Source: Kondoa subrosea
Taxonomy: Eukaryota
Assembly (NCBI GenBank): GCA_039545335.1
Contig: BCIN01000005.1
Coordinates: forward strand, 248,001 to 312,000
DNA length: 64,000 bases
Direction: 5' to 3'
Part shown: positions 1 to 15,682 of the stretch, one piece after another
How positions within the stretch are numbered: the first letter of the stretch is position 1
Layout of the letters: every line of letters begins with the position of its first letter
The notes under the pieces: generated by a model
What the model saw: only the letters and a program-made list of their open reading frames with translations
Database searches by the model: none
What the model was told of the DNA's origin: nothing
Made by a program: the position numbers and the translations under genes

Positions 1-22
1 GTCGACTAGCAAGATCAAAGCT

Positions 23-1640
23 TTGAGAACAGATGTTTTCGACGCCAACAATGGTTCTGGCGAGATGAGTGAGAAAAATGAGCGAATTCGAGAAATGGAT
101 GCTACTTTACAACAAAATACAATGAACGCTCAATATGCTTCAAATAGCGCTGCACATCAAATCAAGACGCTTATAAAACGGTGTGAATCCCTTAGCAGAG
201 AAAAGCAGAGAGTGCAAGATGATAAAACAGAACTTGGATACAAGCTGTATGATGCCCAGCAAACTGGTGACTTTATGCGTGGCATTGGATTTATCAACCA
301 AATTGGTGACCAGCAGGAAGAGCTCAAATCTATCAACAAGTCTCTGGACAAGGCAGAAACAAAGGTCAAGCATCAAGAAGCTCAGATTGGGAATTTACAA
401 GAAGATGTTTTCCAATTGCTTAAGGTCATACAAGAGAAAGATCGACAGCTTGAAGACTTTACAGCTCAAATGGCACAGCAATCCACAAAGTTTGACGAGC
501 TACAATTGGTTCTTGAAGCAGATCTGCAGACAGCTCGATCCAACCGGGAACAGGCTTGTACTGCTATCATTAGTTTGAAAGAAGCAAAGGAACAACAAAG
601 GGAGCTTATTCAACAACAAGCAGAGGGTATAGAGAATCTCAAGCTCGAATGTCTCGGATTACACATGGAGAATGATCAACTGCAATACGTTGTCGCTCTT
701 CAGCACCGTAGTTTTGTTGCAAACGAAGAACGGATTTTGTCTTGCGAAAGCAAGATGGTCTCTTTGGTCAGCAAAGTCGAAGTCCTCAAGCAAAAGTTCA
801 ATACTACAACTTGCCAGCCTGGATCTTCAGTCTCAGCGTCAGTTCAGACTGTGAGCAACAGTACAAGACAAGCAATCTCTTCAGCCTCTTCTCGCACTCA
901 AGTTGAAGCCTCTGCCATGACAACCATTCGAAACACTTCGGCTAGACAAGCGACACCTACAAAAGACGCGTCTCCAAACGATGATGAGTCTGGTCGTCCT
1001 ATTTCTGCATCCCATGTTACTTCCGAGGTCGTCGTTACTGCAAATGATGGTTCTCAATCAATCTCTTCACTGGTCTCTTCACTGGTAATTGCTGCTGATA
1101 ATGGTCCGCATCTCAACGAATCAGGAAGTAGCAGCTTTGTCATCAATTCAAGCAATGACGAAGCATCGTTGCACAACTGCAATCCTGCTGATGTTGATAC
1201 CACTCTAGCCTTCATGGCAATCTTCTTTGCTGGCGCTTTCACCAGTGCTTTCTCTTATTGGATACCTGAAGCGGCTAGATTTGAAAATACTCAATATACC
1301 GACAGTCTTCATGTCGTTACTGGTCTTTTGTTCTCTCTGGTGCCTTTAAGCTTCGTACTGGCTGAATGTAAGCGATCGGCTCTGTTGATTTCGACGATCG
1401 TTGATCAAAATAACACAGCTTTATCTTGTCCAGCTTCATCTATCGGCGAGGTCCTCTTGTATATTTTGGAGGTTCTCTTTAGCGTTGTCTCACATGGTGG
1501 TTCGTCACAGTTCTTGCGCTGAGCCAATGATTTACTGATTGCTTGCTCCATGAACAGTTCGTGAATCATGGCGGACGATACTAGCGGTAGCGATCAAAGT
1601 CTATGCCATCCTTCGAAGAGAAGCAGATCAACTGGCATAG
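23..1640 (+). CDS. Hypothetical protein: N-terminal coiled coil, Ser/Thr-rich linker, hydrophobic C-terminal segments; 5' end uncertain at window edge
   Basis: 499-codon ORF rich in heptad-like E/Q/K/L; hydrophobic stretches (TTLAFMAIFFAGAFTSAF, VVTGLLFSLVPLSFVL). A probable intron gttcgt...aacag (~1500-1557) adds VRESWRTILAVAIKVYAILRREADQLA* ending at 1640. Confidence 0.7.
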
Positions 1641-2373
1641 CAGATTTCAGCTTGGAACGGACAACGTATCCTTAGCATTCAGTGAGCTTCTCAACATGCT
1701 GGACTGGACATTCACTGATGGCCAGGGTAGCTTTCCTTCTTTTGTTACTCGTCGTTTGGCGGCTATGCAGCAGTTCAGCAGAGCGGTCTCATTGCTGTCC
1801 TTTGGCTCTTTATTAGTTCATTCTCAAGTCACTATCATAGGTTTCTTATATAGACATATATATTTCGTTCAGCCTTTGCAATACATTGCATAGAATAATT
1901 CCACACATACAAGAACGAATTCTGGCATTCGCTAACTTCGTTCCGCCTACACTCTTTCGCGCGAGAGCCTTTCTTACCCTCAATCCATTATAAGCCATTG
2001 TACGAGTTTTGCCAGACGCGGTTTCCTCATGCCTGAAAGACGCTACATTGCATCGCAGAAGATGCTCTTCAATGCCTCATAGTGTCTTGGTATGCCATGT
2101 CGACTTCACGATTTTGTATGTCACGGTGATGCCATTCAAAGATCTCTCGCTCAAACTTGCTTGTGGAGCTAGATCAAAAGCTACCGTAGCGTCTGCTATG
2201 CGCTATTGCTTCAGATCAGCAAGATTTCTCGATCTGCCCATCAGCTTTTTGCGGAATGCATTCCTCGCCTAGCTGTCTTCATTTGTTTACTCACAGAGTA
2301 TAGTCTCCTTTACCTGAAATTCCCTTCTTCTACCCGATCCATCATTTTCACTCTCGAAACACTTTCTTAGCAA

Positions 2374-3418
2374 ATGTCTACCAATTTTGTCAGCCCTATT
2401 GATCTCGCTCATACTCATCGTACGGCTTCCTGCACCTGGCGCATATGTTCCCTAACTTATGTCCACATTCCAGTCGCTCGCAGCGAGAGCAATCACACAG
2501 ATGAACCTCAAGAGCAGCCGTTGATGCCTAGCAAGACCAGTATATATCAACTACCGGAGTGGATAGCTTGTATTTTGGGTTACCTTATTATCGGTCTCGA
2601 AGTTCTTTGGGAATTTGGTATGGTTGTGTACGAGCAGGAACGTCCAAAATATCAGCATTTATTTGAAAGTGAGTTGAAATGTTGGCCGTATCTTTTGTCA
2701 AGCTGATCTTCCGGTAGTGACCTCGTTGAATTTGGCTGGCATTACTGCATCTTCAAGAGATCGGTACGATGCCATCCTCAGGTCGCAAGCTGTTCTGCCG
2801 GCATACGATGAAGTCTATCCTTTGCTATCGACTGTAGGTCAACCTCAGCAGGAGCTACCAAATTCGGATTCGTCAGTGCAAGGTTAGTCTCAGCATCTTT
2901 GTGTTGGATCAGAACATTAACTTATCTCACTAGTTATTGAATTTCTCCCGCCATCCTACTCTGATCTCTTCTCTCATCAAAATGCGATACCATCGGGTTC
3001 ACCTGAATCAGCTTCAGCAAGTCTAGAGCAACGCACCACAGCAGAACATGTTTTGCCAGAATATGTGCGCTTTGGCATGCCAGCGATTATACACGGGATG
3101 GATCACCCGTGTAATATCTGTCGAATGGCTAGGGAAAACGATCAGCGTCGTCAAGACTCTGATCCGCTCATCGCTCGCTTTCTGGAGTTTGCATTCAAGC
3201 TATGGAGGTCTGGCATCTCACAAGCAGACTTCCAGATTATCGGAAGGGAAATCTTCAAGTTTGTCAAGGAAACTTTCCGCAAGAGAGCCATGCAAGTGTT
3301 CGAGTTCCCAAGGGAGATGTACCGCGTGAGGACGAAGATCCTACCTTATGTGAGATTCTACTTGGCTCTATGGCTTTTGTACAGATATATCAGTGTCTTT
3401 AAGTTCATTGTACAGTAA
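2374..3418 (+). CDS. Hypothetical membrane protein with PY-like motifs (LPAY, PPSY, LPEY)
   Basis: Manual splicing over three GT-AG introns joins ORFs 2374.. and 3053..3418 into one frame; hydrophobic WIACILGYLIIGLEVLW and C-terminal FYLALWLLYRYISVFKFIV. Confidence 0.65.
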
Positions 3419-3714
3419 GTTTGTGCACACTACTGGGTATCTAATGTATGCGTTTGTCTTTGTGCATTGTGCTATTGAGATCTACCTTCCCTTCGCGAGA
3501 CATCATCACCATCACCGCCTCACCTCCCTCTTCGTCAACCTCGTCACTTGCCTTCTCGAATTGGTTGACGCCAAACCATTGACTTCACCTTCTCGTCAGT
3601 CTACACAGCTTTGAAGCATATTCTGAGAGCTAAGACCTCACTCAACTGGCAGATCTCCTTTTTTCCTAGCTTCCCAACCTGTCTCGTTTCAGCGAAGAGT
3701 TCAAAGACGACAAC

Positions 3715-4477
3715 ATGTACGCTCCTCGAGGCCTGCTCGTTAGTATACACACTGATGGCGAGCCAATGTGGAATGTACAGGTCTGAACGTCCGTGTAATC
3801 TCTGTCTGCTTTCATTCCAGCGCAGCATTCTTACATCAATTGCTCTTTGACAGCATACGATCGTAAGTCCAAGTCCAGCAGCATCAGACTCTCACTGATC
3901 CTGTTCGACGGTATCACTTACAGCCTATGTCAGTCCTACCAACCGCGCAGAAGGCAGTACACCTGCTTCCAGCTCGCAACAAGGAGCAAGGGATCCAAGA
4001 ATGGCTGAAATCCAAGCTCAGATTGAAGATACTACTGATGTGATGCGTTCTAATTTACAAGCTATGGCTGAAAGAGGAGAAAGCATTTCTACTTTGGAAG
4101 GCAAAACTAGTGTGTTGGGCATTCAATACATGATGATGATTGACTGGAGAGAATTTGGGAACAGACAACCTCAGTCAGAGTGCACAAGGATTCAGGAGAG
4201 GTGCAAACAGGGTTAGGAAACAGATGTGGTGGAAGGTCAGTTCGGGCAAATCAGCAGTATGGTCTTGAGCTGATCTCAAATAGGATATGAAAATGCGGAT
4301 CGCACTTATTGCGTAAGCCAGACGGCTAAACATGCATATCATTGCTGACTCCGGCTATAATTCATAGCGGCTTGGTCATCCTCATTCTGGTCATTGTTTG
4401 TAAGTGTTTCCAACTACTTGGGCTACCCTTATACTGAAGAACTATATGCAGTACCGATCATCTTCCATAACAAATGA
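3715..4477 (+). CDS. SNC1: Synaptobrevin/VAMP R-SNARE
   Basis: Spliced product MSEPYDPYVSP...[93 protein letters not shown] motif (ERGE), WWK and a C-terminal TM helix. Confidence 0.95.
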
Positions 4478-5200
4478 GAAGAGTCGCGCAACGATACTAT
4501 TTCCGGAGCAGGTTCGTCGTGAAGAGGTTATCTGGCTTCAGCTAATTATGTCCTCTTGTACGGAACAGACCCGCTTGGTCCTATGAAACCTGGCGACCCT
4601 GATAGACGTCTTCTGTAGTTCTCGTCGGTTGAAAGCTTGTGGCATCAATTTCTCCTTTTCCTCCTTCTTTCTTCTTGCAAAGGTTCAAGCGCTGTTACGG
4701 GTTGATACATATATGGTTGCGCATAGATTCATTGAACGAATGGACTCTCTCTTTGCTTGTGCTGTGTATATTCTTTCTCTTTTGTCGGGCTATGTCGAGA
4801 GACATGGGTAAATATTGCCTGAGATAGCTTGTTTTCATTACACCAATCCCTTTCGCGTTGGATCAGCTACGCTCAAAGGTTGTGACGGCACGCAAAGCAT
4901 CATCAGCAAAGTCGCACCGCGTGCTGCAAAAGCGAAGATCGCTTCCGTGTCTGAGAGAATCGTCACGTTTCTGTTTGTGTTGCCTCTGCGATAATTCCAG
5001 TGACCCTTGCCTGCACTTCAAGTCGGCCTTTACAACACTCTGCCTCATTGCTTGGTCGAAGACATGCTAGGAATAGCGCAATAACCTTCAAATAATCCAT
5101 CAAAGCATTCCTCTTGGCTTCCCGTGCAACCTCATACAAAGCACTCTCTGCCTCAAGAACGACCGAATCTTCAGGTCTACACGCCTTGTAACAAAGGCCA

Positions 5201-8200
5201 ATGAGCGCCGCATCGTTCAGCAAGGCGCCAAACTCACTTTATACCGTTCAAAACCTTGTTGCCGTCAGTCTTTGCCTCTGTTTAGGAGCAGCTTGGGTCG
5301 TCCAACGTTTCCTTCGAGTTCAGCAATTCAAAATCAGAGAACGTAGAGCTACCATTACCAGCAAACAACTCTTGGAGGACATGCCTTCTACCTCATCTAA
5401 TTCGAGTACAGTCACAATCTCCGCCAATTCGCTACTCTCTGTTCCGATAGAAGGTGCAAGTACTCCTACTGGCGGCAAGAAACGCAAAACAAGTGGAAAG
5501 AACAACGCAAACAAGTCTCCTGGTTCATATGCTTCTGCAGCAAGCAGTCGATCTCCTTCTCCAGCAGCACAGGTAGCACCAGGTTTACCTCGGGTTGCTT
5601 CTTTTACAGCTCCTCCGATTCCCGCAACAGTTGTTACAAGATCGATAGGTGTACAAGCTGGACCGGATACCGAACACACCGGCGTGCAGGTCGATCTTCC
5701 TGTTCGATCTTACGCCAGTTTCTATCAACCACCTTCTCTCAACGCATCTGTTTATGGCGATGTAGAAAGCGATGACGATGCTTACTCGCATCGAGCTGAA
5801 ATGTCCAGCTCACCTTTTCTCAACTCTTCTACTCGCTCAAGATTATCCTCTACTACCTCACAAAGTACAAATACTCTCAGCAAACCTCTACCTAGCTTTA
5901 CGGAGAAACTTCGGGCCAACAACCATACGCGTCAAAGAAGTTCCATTTCTTCTATTTCAGTACCTCCGACAGCTCGTCCACATCTTCAAGAAAAGATATT
6001 ACAAACACCTCCTTCCTCGCGCAATGTCTCTTCTTCCGCTTCTTCTCTTTTCTCACCTGAACAAGTTTCTGCAAGTACTTCTTCTGCTGCAACTTCAGAA
6101 TTGGAATCCAGTCCTACTTTAGCAGAAGGTCAAATAGCTTCTCTTCCTTTGGTCAATGGGAAAAGAACTCCTGCTTCAACTAAAAAGAAAGGATCGCTAG
6201 CTAAAGGGAAATGGGTTCCTGGTATGGCACCTCGACAACAGGATGATAAGAGTGGTTCGGGAGAAGTAGTAGAAGCTGGTACTCCTACTTCTACAGCAGG
6301 TGGAATCAAGAAGCGAAACACTATTACAAGGAAGAATAGCGTTTCCGTCAAAGTGGATGAACCTCCTTCGTCAGCGCAACAAGCTTCAACCAAAAGTGAA
6401 AACCGAGCTGAATTGACTAGAGAGAATATAGAAGCTATTGCTGCCTCTACATCTTCTCCGTCCTCAATCCAACGAACGATACCTTCAGCTGCTGCTTCAA
6501 TCAGTGGAACTTCAGATGCAGGTTTACCTCCTTATCCTGGTGTACCGAATTACCTCGGCATGCAGTCACCAATTCGAAGTAATTCTTTACCTCAGCAAGT
6601 TGTATTGAACCAAAGTCAAAACAACGGTCAACCTATTCAGCAGCAAAGAAGAGATTCGATACCTCATCCAGCCCAATTGCAAGCTCAGTTTTATCAGCAT
6701 CAGCAACAATTGCAGCAATTCTTACACCAACAAATGGTCTTGCAGCATCAACAGCAGTTTCGCGCTTTAGCTAACACACATGCAGCTTATGCTGCTTCCC
6801 AACAAGCTCAAGCTCAAGTGCAAGCACAGCAAGCACAGATTTCGCAGCCAAGTACACCACAACAACTCAAACCTATCAATTCCTCTTCAGCTAATCTCAT
6901 GGTGCCCAACAGTAATCAACGACCAGCTTATCGAATGCCATCGACTTCTCATTTACATCCTTCATACAATGATCAAGCTCAGTGGAATCAAGCTTCAGGT
7001 AGTGCAACTGGTTATTCACCACACCCAATACCTTCTCCTACCTCTGGTTATTTCTCACAAAACCAAGTTCCTCCTTCCCCTACTACTTCTTCACTCAACG
7101 GTATGAGAGGTGGAGGAGGCTCAAGAAACCTCAGTCTAAATGGTGGTCCTCCTTCTTCCTCTCTTCCACTACCTCCTCCACCTCCTCCTCCTGCTCAACA
7201 ACAACAGACTGGTATTGATCCGAAATGGTTTGCGAGAATGGAGAAATTGGAACAGAAAGTGAAACTGTACGAAGTGGATAGTGAGAGGAAAGCAAAAGAA
7301 TTAGAAATCGCTGCTTGGCGTTTGAGATGCGTCGAGACCGAACGAGCTGCTGAAAGAGCCGCTGAAGAGAAACAGGTTTGTCCTTGATTCCAACAGTCAG
7401 CCTTGTCCCTGCTGATGGTCGGTTTTGATGATGGAACAGAAACATGAAGCGATTTCTTACTTTGTAGAGAAAGCAGAAGCGGCAGAAGCGAGAATCAAAG
7501 CTTTGGAACAGCAATTTGGTCTGGTTGTAGCTTCGGCGGAAGACGAATTGGCAAGCGATAGAGATCGAAGTGGAAGTTTCAGTACGAGCGATACTGGCAG
7601 ATCACAATCTTCTGGCTCGCCAAACGGGAGAGTGAGTTGTTCATCGCTTTATCTTATCGCATCGCGAACTCATGAGCGAATTAGAAATCTCCCATGCTTT
7701 CAGCTTTGGACACTAGCGCGACCAGTATTGGAAGCTCACATTATTACGCCTCGCCTACTACAGGTCCTTACTCTGCTACATTTTCTACAAACATTGGCTC
7801 ACCAAGACCTTTCGAATCGCCTTCTCCTACACCTTACTCAAATCGGAAAAAGCCCAAGAAGCGTCAAAACAGCTATCGGAACTCTCCTTCGGCCCAGCAT
7901 GGATATCACAGCCCTCCAATCAAGCGTTCGCCCCATATTTCGGACGAACAAGAAGATACGGACGAAGATGCAGAAGATCCTATCACTCTTTTCTCGACAT
8001 CTGCAAGCGGTACACCCTACCTAAGTAGTGCACCGCTCAATAGAGGTAACAACAGCTCAAATGAAGCGGAAGATGGCGGTAGCATGGTAGGGCTTGGCTT
8101 TGATATCGCAACAGATGAAGAGCAGCTGGCGGACTGCGAGGCGCACAACTACATCGGTAGTGTACCGTCCTTCTTCCTCAAGAAAGCTCCGACGGATGAT

Positions 8201-8312
8201 TCGACACCCGTTGCTGGATTTTCTCAGTCGCCGGTTGGTATGCTTGATATACTGCTCTCGCAAAATCCTAAGCTGATCTTTATTTATAGAACCGCTAGTA
8301 GAGAGTCATTGA
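5201..8312 (+). CDS. Hypothetical low-complexity protein (N-terminal hydrophobic anchor, Ser/Pro/Gln-rich, short coiled coil)
   Basis: 728-aa first exon, then GT-AG introns near 7376, 7632 and 8238 linking ORFs 7425.. and 7694..; coiled coil MEKLEQKVKLYE...AEARIKALEQQ. Confidence 0.75.
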
Positions 8313-8411
8313 ATAAAGCATATTGGATAGTAGAATCACATCGTATTTCATGAGCAATTTGTATAGCTGTATAGATAGGGACGAGAAAACATAGGGTTAC
8401 ATTGAACATGT

Positions 8412-11046
<2,635 letters not shown>

Positions 11047-11333
11047 TATGTGGCTCTTGGCTGAAGATGACTTAACCAAGGGTGCGATCAGGCAAAAGGA
11101 GACAAGCTCGTGGTTGTGTTATGACGATGCTCGACGCACGTAAAGCTGAAAAGCGCGTCGAATTGATTGCTAGGAGAGCTCCAGTGTCACAATAGTTGTC
11201 CGGCCACGCTTAGCTACGAATGCACGCTGCAAAGAACCCATTACTGAACGAAAGCATTGAACGATTTGCCCACAATATTCATACAACTCAATCATCAGTG
11301 CTGTTAAAGCACTCCCCTTCTTCTCAACCCTTT

Positions 11334-13777
11334 TTAGTGACGGTATCTGAAACCAGGATGTCTAGAACCCAGAGCCTGAATCTCTTCAACTGAACACGCA
11401 CGATTCCATCAGCTTCTGCATTTGAGGAAGAAGGGGTTCGACGACTGACCTGACTTATTATCTAACTCATGATCATGATGACCTTGTTCCTTTGCCTTGT
11501 TCTGCCTGACTTGCCAAGCCCATAAACCAGCTGAAGCGAAAAGAATAGCAGTGCTTCCAGCCAAATTGAGAGAATTGCCAGGTATTTGCTGTAAATCGAG
11601 TGGAATCAGCTCGTTTCACTACACCCAGAGCAGTGATTATCTGTACCTGAGGCGCGAATGAAGCCAAGAAGGACCAGGTAGCAATGATACCACCACAGTT
11701 TCCTGCTGCAACCACTGCTGCTATAGCACCATTACGCGCTGTGTCTGAAGTGACGTTGCTGACGGCCCAAGAATTGCATAGAGAACCGACTGTCGAGAAA
11801 TTAGCAGGTTTCGTTGGCCGGTGAAAGAAGCTCACAGGAGTATGCACCGCAAGCAATAATATGAGCTGCAGCATAGCGGACGGATCCATTTGTCGAGCCG
11901 AGGAACATAGCGCTAATCAGTAATACGTCAGAAGGTGTCGATGCTTGGATATACCAGACTCACAATCCAACTATCATGAATGGCGCATTCATCTATTCAT
12001 TGTTTGGTACTTCAGCACAGGCAGTAATATGAGGGATGAAGATAGACGGACCATCATGATCACTCCCTTTCGCTTTAGCTTATATGACAAGTAAGGGAAG
12101 ATTATAGAGAAAATAGCGCCAACGACGTAAGGCGAAACAGTGCGGAGTTGAATTTGCTAGGCGTATGCGTCAGTGCCAATTAGACTTGCCTTCCTCGAAC
12201 TTACAACAGCAGTTTTGCCAGGGAATATAGTGCGGACGATCGAAGGCAAGAAGAAACCAAGACCTTGCACGGTGATGTTGTCCAGCAAGAAGATGAAGCA
12301 GCAGACGAGTGTAGTCGGCGCTAAGAAGCCGCCCCACCAAACTTTGCCTTGAACGCTGTCCAAAACTTCCACACTTCCGACGTTATCTGCCTTGATACGA
12401 GCGGCACATAGAGCTTTCTCTTCGGGGCTCAACCAGCTAGCAACTTCTGGTCGATCGGTCATGATAAACCACGAAGCGATACCGATTGCTATAATGTGAC
12501 AACATGGTATAAGTAAAGTTGTATGCGATAGTTGCAATGGTATTGCTCACCCATGGTAATGGCACCTTCTACCAAAAAGAGATTCGTCCACTTGTAATAT
12601 CCATCAATTACCCCAATGCTCAACAATCCAGATGCGAGCAGACCGCCGAAAGCACCAGCAAGAGGAGCACCAATGACGTAGATTGAGTAGATAAACGGTA
12701 GTTCAGCTTTAGTATACCATCGCGATAGATAGTACGCCTAAGGTAAGGTCTCAACAACAAGTAAAACTAGTGACTCGCTGACACACCATTCCAGGGAAAA
12801 CGCCTAAACTCGTGTTTTAGCATCGAGATACATCAGTAATTCGGTTGACTCACCTCCTTCTGCTATGCCCAACTTAGAAGTAGGCATGTGTAAGCGGAAG
12901 AGGGAAACTATTACGAGATCAATTGCTTACAAGTATTCGAACTGGAATTGCAGCTCCAAAAGAATGACAGAATCCGGTCGCTAGAGAGAATAGACCGAAT
13001 GCAACTGTTGAAATGGGAAGGAAGCGTCCAGGACCAGTGATCTTGCATAGGTAGTCTGTCCAGCTGGTCAGCTATCGGTTCGATGTTTCGCAGAGGCAAC
13101 TCACTCATAACAGGTTCGAACAAAGCATATGGAATATAGAAGGCGGTCAACAGAATATTGTAATCGTATTTGCCAGTCATGCCTGCACACGCGAGAGAGA
13201 GAATAAAAAATTAGTCGAGACTTGTCACAGAAATACTGAAGCCTACCGAGATCCTCTATTATCACAAAATCAGCAGAAGAAGGCAGAAAACAGGTTTGAA
13301 CGTACTCTCTAGACCAGCAACACGGGCATTCCCAATATTCGCTCTAGCGTAGATGGACTGTCAGCTTCGATTGTTTGCGAGCAATATGTTGGCTCACCGA
13401 TCAATAAAGCAGAACAGATACATCAAAGCGATGATAGGGAGAATCCTGAAGGAGATCTGCCAGCTCTATAAGCCAAACATGACTCACGCATGAAAAATTG
13501 TGCATGCCTTTCTGAACAATCGAGCTTCTGCTGCTTTGTCGATGATAATGAGAGGATTTCCATATTCATCTGTGGCGGACGATGAGCTGCTGCTCCTCTC
13601 CAGTAGCTCCCACTAACCTGTTGCAAAGTGGCCCTTTTCCGCGATTTCTTCATGCAGGCAAGTATTAGCTAAGCAGACATGATTTTGCTAGCAGAGCATA
13701 CCATTCATCGTAGTATCTGGTCTATCGAAGCCTCGTTGCTTCTCAAATTCGGAAGGCGAGTCAAGAGGTCTTGACAT
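11334..13777 (-). CDS. MFS transporter, anion:cation symporter (Dal5/Tna1-like) family
   Basis: Spliced motifs RKISFRILPIIALMYLFCFIDR-NIGNARVAGLEKDLG, YLSRWYTKAEL, LAGAFGGLLASG, FLVEGAIT, ASWLSPEEK and C-terminal PGFRY. Confidence 0.92.
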
Positions 13778-14112
13778 TTTCGCAGATTTGTTAAAAAGTC
13801 AGCGGAAGATGGACGGTCCTATCTGATTCGCTGATAACGTGATTAAGATATTCGAATACGCGCACAGCAAGGCGGCGAGTGATTGAAGCAGGAAGAAGCG
13901 CCAAGCCAAGGAGACCCTCAAATTTAGACCTGCTAAATGTTTAACAAAAGGTGGGGTTTTGCGATCGCGTCTTTTCATATGCTCAGTGGATGCAGTGACA
14001 GGAAATTAGGCTATATGACTGAGGAATCACACATTGCCGATGTTTTACTGCGTTGCTCGGTACCATATCAGCTCGTGACTTCTATACAACAACGCCCGAA
14101 TAGTTGTGTCAT

Positions 14113-15210
14113 CTACCACGCCAACTCTGCGCCATCGTAGTTCAGGAAGTGACCACCTAAACCATATCAGCTACTGGCCGATTGTAATAGAGACGGAAAA
14201 CTTACTATGTTCATCGCGATTGACTTTGTCGAAGAGGGCGATTAGAGCTTCAGCGGATTGTTTAGGCGTGATCGAAGGCACGCCCATTGCAGCCATATCA
14301 TCTTTTGTGAGACCCATCTCTTTCAGCGATCGGTCGCCCATCTCGCTAGACTGCTCAAAGTCATCAGTCCAGTATACAACTGTGAAGGGAGATCAACTTA
14401 CAACCACGCCAGGGTGATAAGAGACGCTAGTAATCTGCTCTTCCTCGTAACTCAGCTTCTTAGCTAGGTAATTGATAGCTCTATATATAAGCAGATTAGC
14501 CATCAGAGGTAGAAACGCGAGAAGTCAGCCTCACGTTTTGCTGCTGCTATAAGCACCGTTAGGCAGAGTACCGTACATGTTCTGGATACTTCCGACAGCA
14601 GAAGATATAACAAAGAATTGAGCATTGCTTGATTTGAGTAATAAGTGATGCGCGGCCCGGAACAGGACTACAGGACCGAGTGTGTTGACTCGCCAGTGCT
14701 CTTCGAAGAGTTCAAGTGGTGTATCAGCGATACTGCCGACACTATGAGCGATTCCTGTGCGGACGAAAAATACATGAGCCGCTTAACATGTGTAGAGAAA
14801 CAGGTTAGCGTACCTGCATTCGCAATCAAGACGTCGAGATGTCCGTATTTACTTTCTATTTCTTTGACTGCTGCTTCATTGTCTTCTACCGAAGCGGAAG
14901 TGAGCTTGACGATGTGCACACGAGCTGGATATTGCTCTTGCAAGGCCTTGAGCTCAGTAGCTTTGACCGGCTCGCGAGCACCAGCAAATACGACTAGAGA
15001 GCAGCAAAGCTATAAGCTGCTGAATCAATTGACAGAATTACTCAATTTGCTTACCAGTATTCTCGCGCTGAGCAAGCTGTGCCGCCATTTGATAACCAAT
15101 ACCGCGACTACAGAGCAATGTCATAAACGATGTGCACGAGCCTCAGAAAGGACATAGACTCTCGCGACTTACTTAGCACCAGAAATGAGATAGACCTTAG
15201 AAGCAGACAT
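14113..15210 (-). CDS. Short-chain dehydrogenase/reductase (classical NAD(P)-binding SDR), dispersed paralog
   Basis: MSASKVYLISGASRGIG cofactor motif, DVLIANAG, catalytic YSSSK, C-terminal GHFLNYDGAELAW*; same intron pattern as the copies at 56.3-60.8 kb. Confidence 0.93.
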
Positions 15211-15682
15211 GGTAGTATTCGAGACACAAGACTGATAAAGTAGTGACAAGACTTGGTTGAGCAAGAGAAGGAGCAACAGTCAAAATTCGACCATGATAAT
15301 GACCTCGTTTGCTGACTGTACTGGTTGCTGACTGATGCAAAATTCTTGGCCTGTGCAGTCGGCAAGGCTACAGGAGAGCTCCTCTTTGCATGTTCAGCAC
15401 TCTCAAATAAGATGCCAGACGATGACTTGGGCAATCAAAGGACTTGATCAAAGGTCAAACAAATGCAACAAAGAGTGATGAAATGTGATGCGAAGCTAGA
15501 GCCATCGATAGAGACAGATGCAGAGCTAGGACATGAGTACAAGGTCGACGCAGCAGCCCAAGAAATCACAGTCGCTCGACAAGAGCTATCTTGATGTGCA
15601 CCGACCAAGTCATGTTGGCTTGAAGGTACCCAGACAGCTTGAGCTACGCTGTGTGCCATACACACGATAACGACCTATAGCA

